NCBI GenBank assembly: GCA_032654565.1
Contig: JAULAX010000017.1
Location: forward strand, 544,001-608,000
Source of the DNA: Anaeromyxobacteraceae bacterium
GTDB taxonomy: Bacteria; Myxococcota; Myxococcia; Myxococcales; Anaeromyxobacteraceae
Direction of reading: 5' to 3'
Length of the DNA stretch: 64,000 nt
A program made the position numbers and the translations under genes. The stretch's first letter is position 1. The number at the start of each line of letters is the position of its first letter. Shown here piece after piece: positions 24,040-35,100 of this stretch. The notes under the pieces are model-generated. The model ran no database searches, was not told the DNA's origin, and saw only the letters and a list, made by a program, of their open reading frames with translations.

Positions 24040-25319
24040 CCCTGCCACTCCTTTCGCAGCTGCTCCAGCCGCTCCGTGTACAGCGGCGCGAACCGCTGCG
24101 GTCGCACCGCCAGCACCAGCCGGTCCCCCTGCACGAAGACGCCGGTGTCGACCGGCACCACCGTGAACATCAGGACCACGCCGGCGATCACCAGCGAGAC
24201 CCCGGCGAAGAACCCAAGCCGGCTGGGATCCTGCGCCCCCTTCAGGTCCACCGTCCAGGAGAAGCCCTCCAGCCGGAGCCGCTCCCCCTCGCCGATCTCC
24301 ACCTCGTCGCCGGTGCCGGCCAGGCCGTAGCCGAGCAGCCCGCCGTCCTTGAGCGCCCGGACGTGGAGCCCCTGCGGGCGGCCCCCTCGGGCGTCGCCCT
24401 GCAGCCGGACCTCGCGCCCGTCGTCGGTCTTGAAGCGGCCGCGCACCTCGTCGCCGGCCGGGTGGAGCACCACCTGCCGCTCCACCTCGCCGGCGGCCGA
24501 GATGACCCGGCACTGGACCACCGCGCCGTAGCTGGAGGTGATGTAGAGGGTCCGCCCGGCCCCGACGTCGAGGGGAGTGTTGATGGCCAGGTCGCGCACC
24601 GGCGCCGCCTCGCCCTCCCCCAGCGCCACGCTGGCCTCCACCTGCAGCAGCGAGCTGTTGGGGTAGAGGGTCGGGCGGATCTCGCGGATCTGCAGCGGCT
24701 GCGGCAGGGCGAAGGGGGCGGAGAGCCGGCCGCCGCGCTGGGCGGGGAAGACCTCCGGGCCGGTGCCGAGCACCTGCCCCTCGGCCACGCGGACCATGGC
24801 GTCGCGGAACCAGAGCAGGCGGACCGGGGCGAAGGCCACGGCGACCAGCAGGCCGAGGTGGAAGATGGGGGAGCCGAGCAGGCCGAGCCGGCCGGAGCGC
24901 GTGAGGAGCGGCGCCTCCGGAACCCGGCGGCACCCGGCCAGCGGCAGCTCCAGCCGGAGCGGCGCGGCGGCCAGGCTGGCCAGCAACGGCGCGGCGCCGA
25001 AGGTGCGCCCGACCCGCCGCCACTGCTCCACCTGGACGGCCAGCAGGGAGACGAAGGCCAGCGCCACGATGGCCAGGAACCACCAGCTGGTGGTCACCTC
25101 GTGGAGCCCGAGGGCGCCGGCCAGCGGGGCCAGGCGCGGCCAGCCGGTGCGGAAACGCTCGATGGCCTCGGCGTCGGGCACCTGCGGCACCGAGGCCGCC
25201 AGCCCGGCGCCGACCGCCAGCGAACCGACCGCCGAGAGGATCAGCACCGGCCGCCGCAGCAGGGCGACGGCCGACCGCCAGGCCTGGCTGGCGCGACCCT
25301 GGGAGGTGGAGGTGGTCAC
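24036..25319 (-). CDS. resB: Cytochrome c biogenesis protein ResB/CcsB
   Basis: ASVPQ, LGLHEVTTSWWF, GSPIFHLGLLV (conserved His), large periplasmic domain, DPS followed by a C-terminal TM. Confidence 0.85.
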   Translation of the reverse strand: MTTSTSQGRASQAWRSAVALLRRPVLILSAVGSLAVGAGLAASVPQVPDAEAIERFRTGWPRLAPLAGALGLHEVTTSWWFLAIVALAFVSLLAVQVEQWRRVGRTFGAAPLLASLAAAPLRLELPLAGCRRVPEAPLLTRSGRLGLLGSPIFHLGLLVAVAFAPVRLLWFRDAMVRVAEGQVLGTGPEVFPAQRGGRLSAPFALPQPLQIREIRPTLYPNSSLLQVEASVALGEGEAAPVRDLAINTPLDVGAGRTLYITSSYGAVVQCRVISAAGEVERQVVLHPAGDEVRGRFKTDDGREVRLQGDARGGRPQGLHVRALKDGGLLGYGLAGTGDEVEIGEGERLRLEGFSWTVDLKGAQDPSRLGFFAGVSLVIAGVVLMFTVVPVDTGVFVQGDRLVLAVRPQRFAPLYTERLEQLRKEWQG

Positions 25320-25323
25320 GGGG
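25250..25323. repeat. Direct repeat copy A (functional resB 5' end)
   Basis: gccgccgcagcagggcgacggccgaccgccaggcc...gggaggtggaggtggtcacgggg; nearly identical to 26011-26083. Confidence 0.9.
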
Positions 25324-25361
25324 TGCGGATCTTACCGAAGTACCGGGAGCGGCGCAGGGGC

Positions 25362-25739
25362 TCACCCCCACCTGGCGCTGGGGCAGTGGGCGAGGATGGT
25401 CTCGTCCGCGGTGAGGAGGACGCTTCCCTGGGCCAGCGCGTGCGCCGCGATCAGCCGGTCGAACGGGTCGCGCGTCCAGGCGAGCGCCCGGGCGTGCCGG
25501 CCGATCTCCCTCGGGTCTCCCAGGGCCTCCTCGACGCCGTGGTCCTCGAAGAGGATGTCGAGCACCTCCTCGACCGGCTCGCGAACCCGGCCGAGCTCGA
25601 AGAGGATCTGCAGCTCGACGATCGCGATGGAGGAGAGGAACAGGGACCCGTGGCGAAGCTCCTTCTCGACGGGTCGAAGCCTGCGCCGTTCGCCGGCGAC
25701 CATCCAGAGCGCGACGTGCGTGTCGAGGTGGTAGTTCAC
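25362..25739 (-). CDS. vapC: VapC/PIN-domain toxin
   Basis: YHLDTHVALW, SSIAIVE, RDPFDRLIAAHA, LLTAD; GTGA-coupled to the antitoxin. Confidence 0.92.
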   Translation of the reverse strand: MNYHLDTHVALWMVAGERRRLRPVEKELRHGSLFLSSIAIVELQILFELGRVREPVEEVLDILFEDHGVEEALGDPREIGRHARALAWTRDPFDRLIAAHALAQGSVLLTADETILAHCPSARWG

Positions 25740-25969
25740 GGCCCTGGCCGCGAGTTCCAGGGCCACTCGACGTGAATCAGGGCGTCTGGGTCTCCCGCGA
25801 TGAGGTTGGGGAGCGTCCGGGGGGCCCGCCTCTTCCTCGGGGCCTTGCGCTTCCGGACGATGGACAGCTCGACACCGCCACGCACCACCTCGACCGGCTT
25901 CCCGGTCCTGGCGACCTGGTCGAGGACTTCGTAGAGGTGGGCCCGGAGGTCGGTCGCGGTGCGCTTCAT
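25736..25969 (-). CDS. Phd/YefM family antitoxin
   Basis: MKRTATDLRAHLYEVLDQVARTGKPVEVVRGG, typical Phd N-terminus. Confidence 0.88.
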   Translation of the reverse strand: MKRTATDLRAHLYEVLDQVARTGKPVEVVRGGVELSIVRKRKAPRKRRAPRTLPNLIAGDPDALIHVEWPWNSRPGP

Positions 25970-25976
25970 GTCCCCG

Positions 25977-26005
25977 AAGGTAAGACGCGTACGTACGTTC
26001 GTCAA
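25977..26005 (-). promoter_or_regulatory. Sigma70-type promoter with palindromic operator for the Phd-VapC module
   Basis: TTGACG-N17-TACCTT ending 7 nt before the ATG; the spacer contains the palindrome CGTACGTACG. Confidence 0.7.
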
Positions 26006-26010
26006 GCCCA

Positions 26011-26083
26011 GCCGCCGCAGCAGGGCGACGGCCGACCGCCAGGCCGGATGGCGCGAGGCTGGGAGGTGGGGGTGGTCACGGGG
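26011..26083. repeat. Direct repeat copy B (decayed remnant of the resB 5' end)
   Basis: 35 identical bp, then a 1-bp deletion and about 4 substitutions relative to 25250-25323. Confidence 0.88.
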
Positions 26084-26115
26084 ACCCGGATGATGACCGG
26101 GGCCGGCGAGGAGTG

Positions 26116-26145
26116 CTCCCCCCCCCCCGGGGGGGGGGGGGGGAG
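26116..26145. terminator. Homopolymeric C11/G15 hairpin after the second giant cytochrome
   Basis: ct-C11-G15-ag, ending 18 bp from the stop at 26163; no U tract. Confidence 0.45.
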
Positions 26146-26162
26146 TCAGGGGTGCAGGGGGG

Positions 26163-29100
26163 TTACCAGGCTTCGGTGGGCGTGGCGCTGGTGTGCTGGT
26201 TGCAGCCCGCGATGTCGTTGAAGTTGGCGCTGCCGTAGCCGGTGGTGGGGTTGGTCCCCTTGGCGAAGAAGTCGAGGACCGGGACGGCGCCGGTGACCTT
26301 GTAGCGAGCCGGCGCGTTGGTGGTGATCATGAGCCGGCTCACCTTTCCGCCGTGCGGGACGCGGATGTGGCACTTGACGCACTCCCAGTCTGCGGAGTGG
26401 TTGTTCTTTCCACCGTACTGCCCGTGCATCCAGTTCGAGCCGGTGGTGCTGGAGGTGTACATGCGCGGGTGGCAGTTGCGGCAGAACATGCCGTTGACGG
26501 TCCCGATGCCGGTCTCGGTGGTGGGCAGGTTGAAGAGCGTCCCGCTGGTGGCGCCGGCGGTGGTGAAGGGCCAGGCCCGGTTGACGCCGGTCAGCATGTA
26601 CTTGACGGCCGAGCCGTGCGGACCCTGCGCCGCCGGGCTCACCGCGTCGGCGCCGTGGCAGTCGGTGCAGCTCATCACCGAGCCCGGGGTCCAGCCGTTG
26701 ATGAGCTGGGTGGCGGCCAGTTGGTTGGAGCCGGCGACGCCGGGATCGACCGCCGGGAGCGCGCCGATGACCGGATGGTAGGACTGGTTGGTGGGGCTGA
26801 ACTCCAGCGCCAGATCGGTGAAGTCGGCGCTCCAGGTGGCCAGCGCGGTGTTGGCCGAGGAGTGGCACTTGAAGCAGACCTGCCACTCGGCGTTGGCCGC
26901 CGGGAGGGCGGTGGTGCTCCCCGCCACCGGGCTGAAGGTGCTGGCGGTCCAGTTGGTGGCCGGCCAGGTGGGCACGTCCACGCCGGTCGCCCCGGTCATG
27001 GCCGCCGGCGGCGGCGTGATGGAGAAGCGGCTGGCGGTGGTGAGCGCCGTGGTCCAGGCGGGGGTGACGGTGAGCGCGGTGGCGGTGTTGGCGGTGATGG
27101 TCCGCACCTGGCCGATGCCGGGCCCCTCGACGATGCGGACCCGGCCGCCGACGTAGGCGTTGACGGGGAAGCCGGTGGTCAGGGCCGGCGCCGGGGTCAG
27201 CGTGGTGGCGCCGATGGCGGCGGCCGCCGAGAGGCCGGAGCGGCCGTCGAGGTGGAGCCGGTAGCTGGACCCGAGCGGCGGGCTGAGCGCGGCCGGGGTG
27301 GCCGCGAAGTTCATCAGGCCGGGGGTGAAGGTGAGCTGGGTGGCGGTGTTGGAGGTGACCAGCGCCCGCACCTGGCCCGCGGCGGTCCCGGTACCGGTCC
27401 CGGTGATGAAGACCGTGTAGCCGGCCCACTGGTTGGTGGTCCAGGCGCGGGTGGTGTCGTTGAGCGTGGTGTTGGAGGTGCTCGCCGCCGAGGCGATGCT
27501 GGCGTCGGGCGCGGCGCGCCGGGCCTGGTGCGGATCGTGGCAGTCGGTGCACTCCACGTGCTTGTTGGCGGCGATCCGCTGCAGGTGCTCGTCGGCCGGG
27601 TTGGGCAGGTGGAGGCCGGAGTAGGCCGCGACGTCGTGGCGGCCGGATCCGGCGACGGCCGGGATGCTGAAGTTCATCGAGGCGGGGAGCGTCAGCCGCG
27701 ACTGCTCGGAGCCGTTCCAGTAGAAGGTGGCGGTCCCGTTGACGGCGCTCGGGCGGGAGACCTCGAGCTCGAGCACGAACCGGTCACCCACCGCAAACGT
27801 CGCGGCCGTGGTGTTTGTGAAGCTGATGGTCTCGGTGAACGGCGTCGTCGCCACGCCGTTCCCGAGCTCGGTGGCCGAGCTGGTGGCGGCCAGCATGGTG
27901 GTCCCCAGCGCATCCGCCGTCGTCCAACGATAGAGCGCATAGCGCACCACTCCGTTGAAGGTGGCGATGCTCTCGGCGTGCTGGAGGGTGATGGAGAACG
28001 CTGACCCCGCCGCCACCGTCACTCCGGTCGCCAGCCTCGGCGAGGCGAACTGCATCATCCGGACGAAGCGCGGGGTGGTGGCGGAGGTCGTCGTGTTGGC
28101 AAACGAGGTCTGCGCCGTCCCGGCCACGCCGGGCGTCATCATGAAGGACTGGAAGGCCGTCGTGCCGGTGTAGGTGCCGCTGGCGAGCTGGAAGGCGTTG
28201 GGCATGGGCTCGTCGGCGGTGGCGGAGTTGCGGAAGTAGAGCACCGAGCCGGAGCTGGTCGACCCGGCGGACCCCGCCGTCCCCTTCTGCATGGCCGCGA
28301 AGACGCTGGTGGAGCCACCGGACATGGTGGTGAAGGCGCCGAACCAGTCGCTGGCGGTGGTGACCTTGGCAGGGCCGCCGCCGGGGGTGGTGTCGGTGGA
28401 GGCCGAGTGGCACCGGTAGCAGGACTTCTCCTCCAGGTTGTCGGCCGGCGCGGCGATCCCCATGGGGTTGAGGAGCCGGCGGTCGACGTTGGTGTGGAGG
28501 GCGAACTTGTTGGTCCCCCCCTGGTACTGCGGGTAGCCGGCGGCGGGGCCGTCGGAGTGGCACTTGGTGCAGTTGGCGAGGATCAGCGAGTTGCCGCTGG
28601 TGATGGCGCCGGCCACCGTGTACTGGTGCATCGAGGCCAGGTAGCCGTTGCCGTCCACCACGTGGGTGGCGGTGGTGCCGTCGCTCTTCTGCGCCGTGGT
28701 GCTCTTGGCGAGCGAGGTGGCGTGGCAGGAGAGGCAGATGCCGGCCGTGCCGGAGAAGTCGGTGTTGGTGAAGTTGGCCGTCAGCGTCGGGGCCACGGTG
28801 ATGGAGGTCCGCAGGTTGGCGCCGCGCCCGATGGTGTTGTTGGGGGCCCCCTGCTTGAAGACGTCGTGGTCGGCGTGGCAGTTGAGGCAGGCCTTGCCGG
28901 CGCTGGTGACCGGGTAGGTCTGGAAGGTGCCGGTCTCGGCGCTCATCACGTGGTGGTAGACGCCGGTGCCGCCCACCATCTGGCTGTAGAGGGCCCCGGT
29001 GGCGGCGTCGTCCTTGTGGCAGTTGAGGCAGGGGGTGGCCCCCGAGGACTCACCGCCGTCGAGGTTCCCGTTGATGTGGGAGAGGGCATTGACGGCCGCG

Positions 29101-32100
29101 ATGGCGCTGGCGGCGGTCGGCGCGGTGGCGGTGTAGCCGGGGTGGCAGCTGCCGCAGAGGGCGTTGGCCGGGTGGCTGGTGCCGGACGGCGGCAGGCCGT
29201 GGCAGGAGCCGCACTGGGCCTGCGCCGTCACCCCGTTCCAGGCCGGTGCCTTGACCTGGACCACCGGCGTGGCGGCGGTGTCGCCGTTCTTGGGGTTGTG
29301 GCAGTAGGTGCTGGAGCAGGTGGGCTGGGCGTAGGCCGCGGTCTTGGTCTCGAAGGTGGTGGCGGCGGCCAGGTTGCCCCAGGCGATGGTGGCCCGCGCC
29401 GTCGAGGTGCCGGTGCCGGTGGCATGGCTGGTGTCGGTGTCGCTGGACGGCAGCGCGTGGCACTCGATGCAGGCGATGGGGGTGGAGCGCCAGCGCGGGG
29501 TGTTGCCCGCGCCGTTGCCGACCAGGTGGGCCTCATGGGCGCCGACGCCGAGGGTGGAGGTGGCGGTGGCGCCGGTGGTGTCGGCCGAGGTGGCGGTGCC
29601 GGTGGCGCCGGGGGCGGCCTTGAGGGTGTTGGTGGTCAGGGTCACCAGCAGGTCGGCGCGCTCGCCGTGGCAGGCGGTGCAGCCGCCGGTGGACTTGGTG
29701 ACCAGGCCGTCCACGTGGGTGGCCGCCACCACCGCGCCGGAGCTGTAGCCGGTGTGACAGCTGGCGCAGGTGGTGTTCTGCGGGTGCGGGTAGGTCGGCT
29801 GCGGCGCCGCCACCGACTGCCCGTGGCAGCCGTTGCAGGCCAGCTTGACCAGCGTGCCGTTGCCCCAGGCGATGGGGTTGGCCCCCAGGCCGCCGCTGAA
29901 GCTGCCGTGGCAGTAGGTGCTCGAGCAGGTGTGGCTGGCCGCGGTGTAGGACGGCGTGGCCCCGCCGGCGACGGCGACGTTGCCCCAGGCCATGTCGACG
30001 CTGCCGCTGGAGTGGAGGGCCGCAGCCGGGACGGTGTGGCAGTTGGCGCAGCGGAGGGCGCTGGACAAGGCAGGCGCGGTCGCCCCCTGGTTGACGTGCT
30101 GCAGGTGGGCGCCGACCTGGTTGCTGCCGGTGAGCAGGCCGGCGGTGTCCTTGGGCGGAGAGGAGAGGACCAGCCGCGCGGTGCCGAGCGGGTCGAGCTC
30201 GGTGGCCGTGCCGGCCGCCACCCGCGCCGCGTCGCCGTGGCAGGAGGTGCAGGTCATGGGGATGACGTCGAGCGCGCCGTTGACGTGGGTCGCCAGGTTC
30301 ACCGTGGTGCTGGTGTAGCCGGTGTGGCAGCTGCCGCAGGCGGCGGCCGGGAACGGGTGCGAGCCGACGGGCTCGGAGGCGGTGGCCCCGGCGCTGCGGC
30401 CGTGGCAGCCGTTGCAGGTGATGCCGGGGGCATTCCAGGCGATGGTGGCCTTGGCGCCGTTCTTGAACTGGCCGTGGCAGTAGGTGGAGGCGCAGCTGCC
30501 GGCGGCGGCGCCGTAGGCTCCCGAGGTCGAGCCGGTGTAGGTGGGCGCGACAACCTCGTTGTTGAAGGAGGCGCCGACGCCACGGGCCAGCGTGCCCCAG
30601 GTGAGCGTGGCCCGGCTGCCGCTGGTGCTGACGCCGGTGGCGTGGGTGGTGTCGGTGTCGCTGATCGGGAGCGCGTGGCACTCGGTGCAGGCCACCGGCC
30701 CCCGGTAGATGGTGGTGCTCAGGTGGTGGACGTGGGCGCCGACGCCCGGCGCGGTGGTCGCGGTCGCGCCGGTGGTGTCCATGGAGTTGACGCCGCCGGT
30801 CTGGCCGGGGGCGGCGGCCGCCAGGTTGGCGGCCAGCGTGACGCCGGCGACGCTCAGGTCGCCGTGGCAGGCGGTGCAGCCCGCCGTGGTCCGGGTGAGC
30901 GTGCCGTCGATGTGCGTGGCCTTGTTGACCGCCGCCACCGCGTAGCCGGCTCCGTGGCAGAGGGCGCAGGCGGTGTTCTGGGGGTGGGTCTGGTTGGGCG
31001 TGGCCGAGAGGGCCGGCTGCGGCGCGGCCGCCGACTGGCCGTGGCAGGAGGCGCAGGTGAGCGCCCCGCCGGTCCAGGTGGCCAGCGGCTTGGCGGCGTT
31101 GGAGGGGAGGTTGGCGCCGTGGCAGGCGTTGGTGCAGGTGGGCGTCGCCTCCCAGGTGGTGGTGTAGGCGTTGAGGCCGGCGGCCGGCGTCGGGGCCACC
31201 ATGGTGGCCACGCCGTTGATGATGGTGTTGGTGGCCAGCACGCTCCAGGCGGCGTCGCTGGTGCCGTTGTGCGTGTTGGGGCTGGGGTGGCAGCTGGCGC
31301 AGGCCAGCGGGGCGGTCCGGTAGGTGGCCACGGTGCCGTTGCCGTTGACGTGCTTCTGGTGCGCCCCCACCTTGACGCCGGTGGTGGTGAGCTTGTCGGC
31401 GGCGGTGGGGGGGGCCGCGGCGGCGTTGGTGTCGCTGAGGGCGATGGCCGCGTAGGTCCCGGTCTTGTCGCCGTGGCAGGCGGTGCAGGAGGCCTTCAGC
31501 CCCTTGTCGTGGGCGTGGCAGGTGGTGCAGGCCTGGGTGGGATTGTGCGTGGTGAGCGTGCCGTTGGAGAGGTAGTAGCTGGTGCGGGTGTGGCAGACCT
31601 GGCAGACGCCGGTGCCGTCGCCGTTGGCATAGGCGGCGGCGCCGACGTTGGCGGCCCCGCCGGTGGCGCTGAAGCCGGTGGTCCGGTCGGAGAAGATCAC
31701 GGTGCGGGGTGGCAGCACGCCGTTGTAGCCCGGCGGCGTGATCTGCTTGCGGATCAGCTCGACGTTGGTGGTGCTGTGCGGGGTGTGGCAGTCGCGGCAG
31801 TCGGCGTGCCAGGAGCCGTAGGCGTTGCCCACCGCCTCGGCGGAGTGGGTCGGCAGGTTGTGGCAGTCGGTGCAGAGCTGGGCGCTGTTGTCGCGCACCA
31901 GCAGGTGGCCGTCCCCCTTGGGCGAGCCCGGGTTGCCGTCGTTGACGGTGACGCCGACCAGCCCGGAGAAGACGGTGCCGCCGGTGCTCACCGCGCAGGC
32001 GCGGAGCGTGAACGCGCCGGAGCTGGCGCCGAGCTGGGTGGTGCCCACGGTGGTCTCGTAGATGCCGTGGTTGTCGGTGGCGGCGGCGGAGCTGCTCGGG

Positions 32101-35100
32101 TACCTGGGGCTCAGGGTCAGGAGCAGCGGGTAGTTGGTCACGTCGCAGGTGGCGCCGAAGAGGCTGGCCGAGCTGGCCACCTTGAGCCGGACGGCGCTGA
32201 TGGGCTGGGAGGCGCCGCCGTTCATCCGGCTGAAGGCGCGGACCTGCACCCGGAAGCCAGCGGCGGTGTTGGTGACCACCGCGGCGTTCATGGGGTTGAG
32301 GATGGCCACCACCGGCACCAGCGTGCCGCCCGTGGGGTTGCCCTCGTTGAGGCCGCCGGGGAAGAGCGGCCCGACCGGCGAGCCGAGCGAGTAGTTGCCG
32401 CAGGTGTCCCGGGTGAAGACCTTGAAGTAGTACGCGGTGGTGGCGGTCAGGCCGGTGGAGTTGCACAGGAGCATGGAGCCCGAGCAGGCCACGGTGCTGC
32501 CGCCGAGGATGGCGTTGGCGGCGTAAGGGGTCCCGTCGACAGGCGTCTCGGTGACCGGCCCACCCTGCTTGCGCAGCACCACCACGTCGGCGGCGGCGCT
32601 CCAGTTGAGCTGGATGTTGGTGGCGCCGGTGGCGACGCCGCTCCAGGCCACCTCGCCGGGTGCCAGGTTGTCGATGGTGACGGTGGCGCTGGCTGAGTCG
32701 CCGTAGCTGCGCGGGTTGTTGGAGGCGACCGAGGTCACGGTGCCGGTGACGGCGTACTGCTGGCCGGCGCTGGGGGCCGGCATGGCGGCGTGGGTGTTGG
32801 GCGTGATCCGGACGGTGTAGGTGCTGGTGACGCCGATGGCCTGGGCGACGCTGCCGACGTAGACATTGACGGTGTCGCCGCCGGGGACGGCGCTGCCCAG
32901 CACGGCGTTGCTGGCGTCGAGGATCTCCACCTTGGCGACGTTGACCCAGGCGCCGGCCGGGGCCAGCTGGACGCTGATGCGGGTGACCACGTCGGCGGCG
33001 ACGGTGGCGCTCAGCGTGAAGGCGTCGAGCGGCGTGGCGGCGCCAGCGGGGCAGAGCAGCGCCACGTTGCCGGGGTTGGTGCCGTCGCCGACCGCCAGGC
33101 CGGTGACCGGGGGCACCGGCGCGCCGGAGGTGGCGGCGCCGGGGGTGGACCAGTTCCCGACGGCGTCCTGGACGAAGACCTTGACGTTGTAGGTGGTGCC
33201 GTTGGTGAGGCCGGTGATGGTGGTGGTGCCGGCGGCGCCGGCCGTCCCGCCCACGAAGGCGATGGTGCTGGCGCCGAGCGTGCCCGGCGCGGCGTAGGTG
33301 GTCGTCCCCTCCACCGGAACGTCGCTGATGGCGGTGGTGGCCCGGTAGAGGACCAGGGTCCGCGCGTAGTCGGTGGCCGGGTTGGTCCAGTTGACCACCA
33401 GCTGGCCGTTCCCCGGGGTGAGCGACAGGCCGGAGACATCGGTGGGGGAGGCGTTGTCGATGGTGAGCGTGCCGCTGGTGGTGTCGCTGTAGCTCTTGCC
33501 GTTGCCCGAGGTCAGGCCGGTGACGCTGGCGGTCACGGCGTAGGCGCCCCCTGGCACCGCCGGCATGGCGGCGTGCGACCGCGGGGTGACGCGGACCTTG
33601 TACGGGGTCAGGGTGGTGGTGGCGGTGATGCTGGTGGACAGCGGGATGGCCACCGACGAGGAGGCCGGGTTGGCGGCCGAGCCGTACACCGTGGTGCCGG
33701 CGTCGTTGGTGAGCTCGACCAGCCCGACGCCGCTCACCGTGGAGAGGGTGACGCTGGCGGCGGTGACGGTGTCGGTGCCGGCGCTGGTCTGCAGGGTGAA
33801 GGCGTCGACCATGGTGGCGAGGCCGCCCGGTCCCACCGCGCCGCCGAGCCCGGCGTCGGTGCCGTTGCCCACGGTGAGCGTCGGCCCGCTGGTAGTGGCG
33901 AAGGCGGTGGCGTTGACCGCCGAGCGCGCGGCGGCGACGCCCGCCCCGTTGCGGGCGGTGACCCGGAAGAAGTAGCCGGTGCCGGAGGTGAGCCCGGTAG
34001 CGGTGGCGGTGGGGGTGGTGGCGGTGGTGGAGCCGGCCACTGCGACGAAGCCGCTGGTGAGCGACCACTCGACCAGGTAGTCGGTGGCGGCCGGCGTCGG
34101 CGCCACCCAGTTGACCACGATGGAGGAGGTGGTGACGGCGCCCATGGTGGGCGCGGCCACCACCGGGTTGGTCAGCGTCCAGGTGCTGCTGCTGGTGCCG
34201 ACGGTGCTGCCGCCCGCGTTCACCGCGGTGATCCGGTACCAGTACCGGGTGTTGGCGGTGCGGAGGGTGTGCGTCCTGGTGAGCACGACCAGGCCGGTGA
34301 TCACCGAAGTGAAGGTGGTGCCGTCGGTGGAGACGTCGACGTTGTAGGTGGTAGCGCCGGCGGCCGCGGTCCAGTTGACCGTGATGGAGGTGGTGAAGGG
34401 GGCCGTGTAGGTGGGCGTTCCGGGTGCGCCGGGGGGAGCGGTCGGGCTGCCCGTGCCGGCGGCGCCCGGGGTCGACCAGTTGCCGGCGCCATCCTGGACG
34501 AAGACCTTGACGTTGTAGGTGGTGCCGTTGGTGAGGCCGGTGATGGTGGTGGTGCCGGCGGCGCCGGCCGTCCCGCCCACGAAGGCGATGGTGCTGGCGC
34601 CGAGCGTGCCCGGCGCGGCGTAGCTGGTCGTCCCTTCGACCGGGACGTCGGCGATGGGGGTGGTGGCCCGGTAGATGACAAGGGTCCGCGCGAAGTCGGT
34701 GGCCGGGTTGGTCCAGCTGACGACCAGCTGGCCGTTCCCCGGGGTGACGGTGAGGCCGGTCACGTCACCCGGCGAGAGGTTGTCGATGGTGAATGCGGTG
34801 GCCGGGGCGGTGTCGCTGCCGGCTGCGGCGTAGCTGGCCGGCGCGAAGGTCGAGACGTTGGCCGAGATGGTGTAGGCCGCCCCCGCGGGCGCCGCCATGG
34901 TGGCGTGGGTCTTCGGCGTGGCGCAGACGTAGTAGCTGGTGGCGGTGGTGGTCGCCGGGATGGGGGTGGTGAGCGTGATGGCGTTGGCGCCGTCGACGAT
35001 GGTGGGGATGGTGCCGAACGGGGTGGCCTGGGCGCAGGTGGCCGAGTTCTGGATCGAGAGGCTGGCCAGGCCGGCGGCGTTGCCGGCGCCGGAGAGGTTC

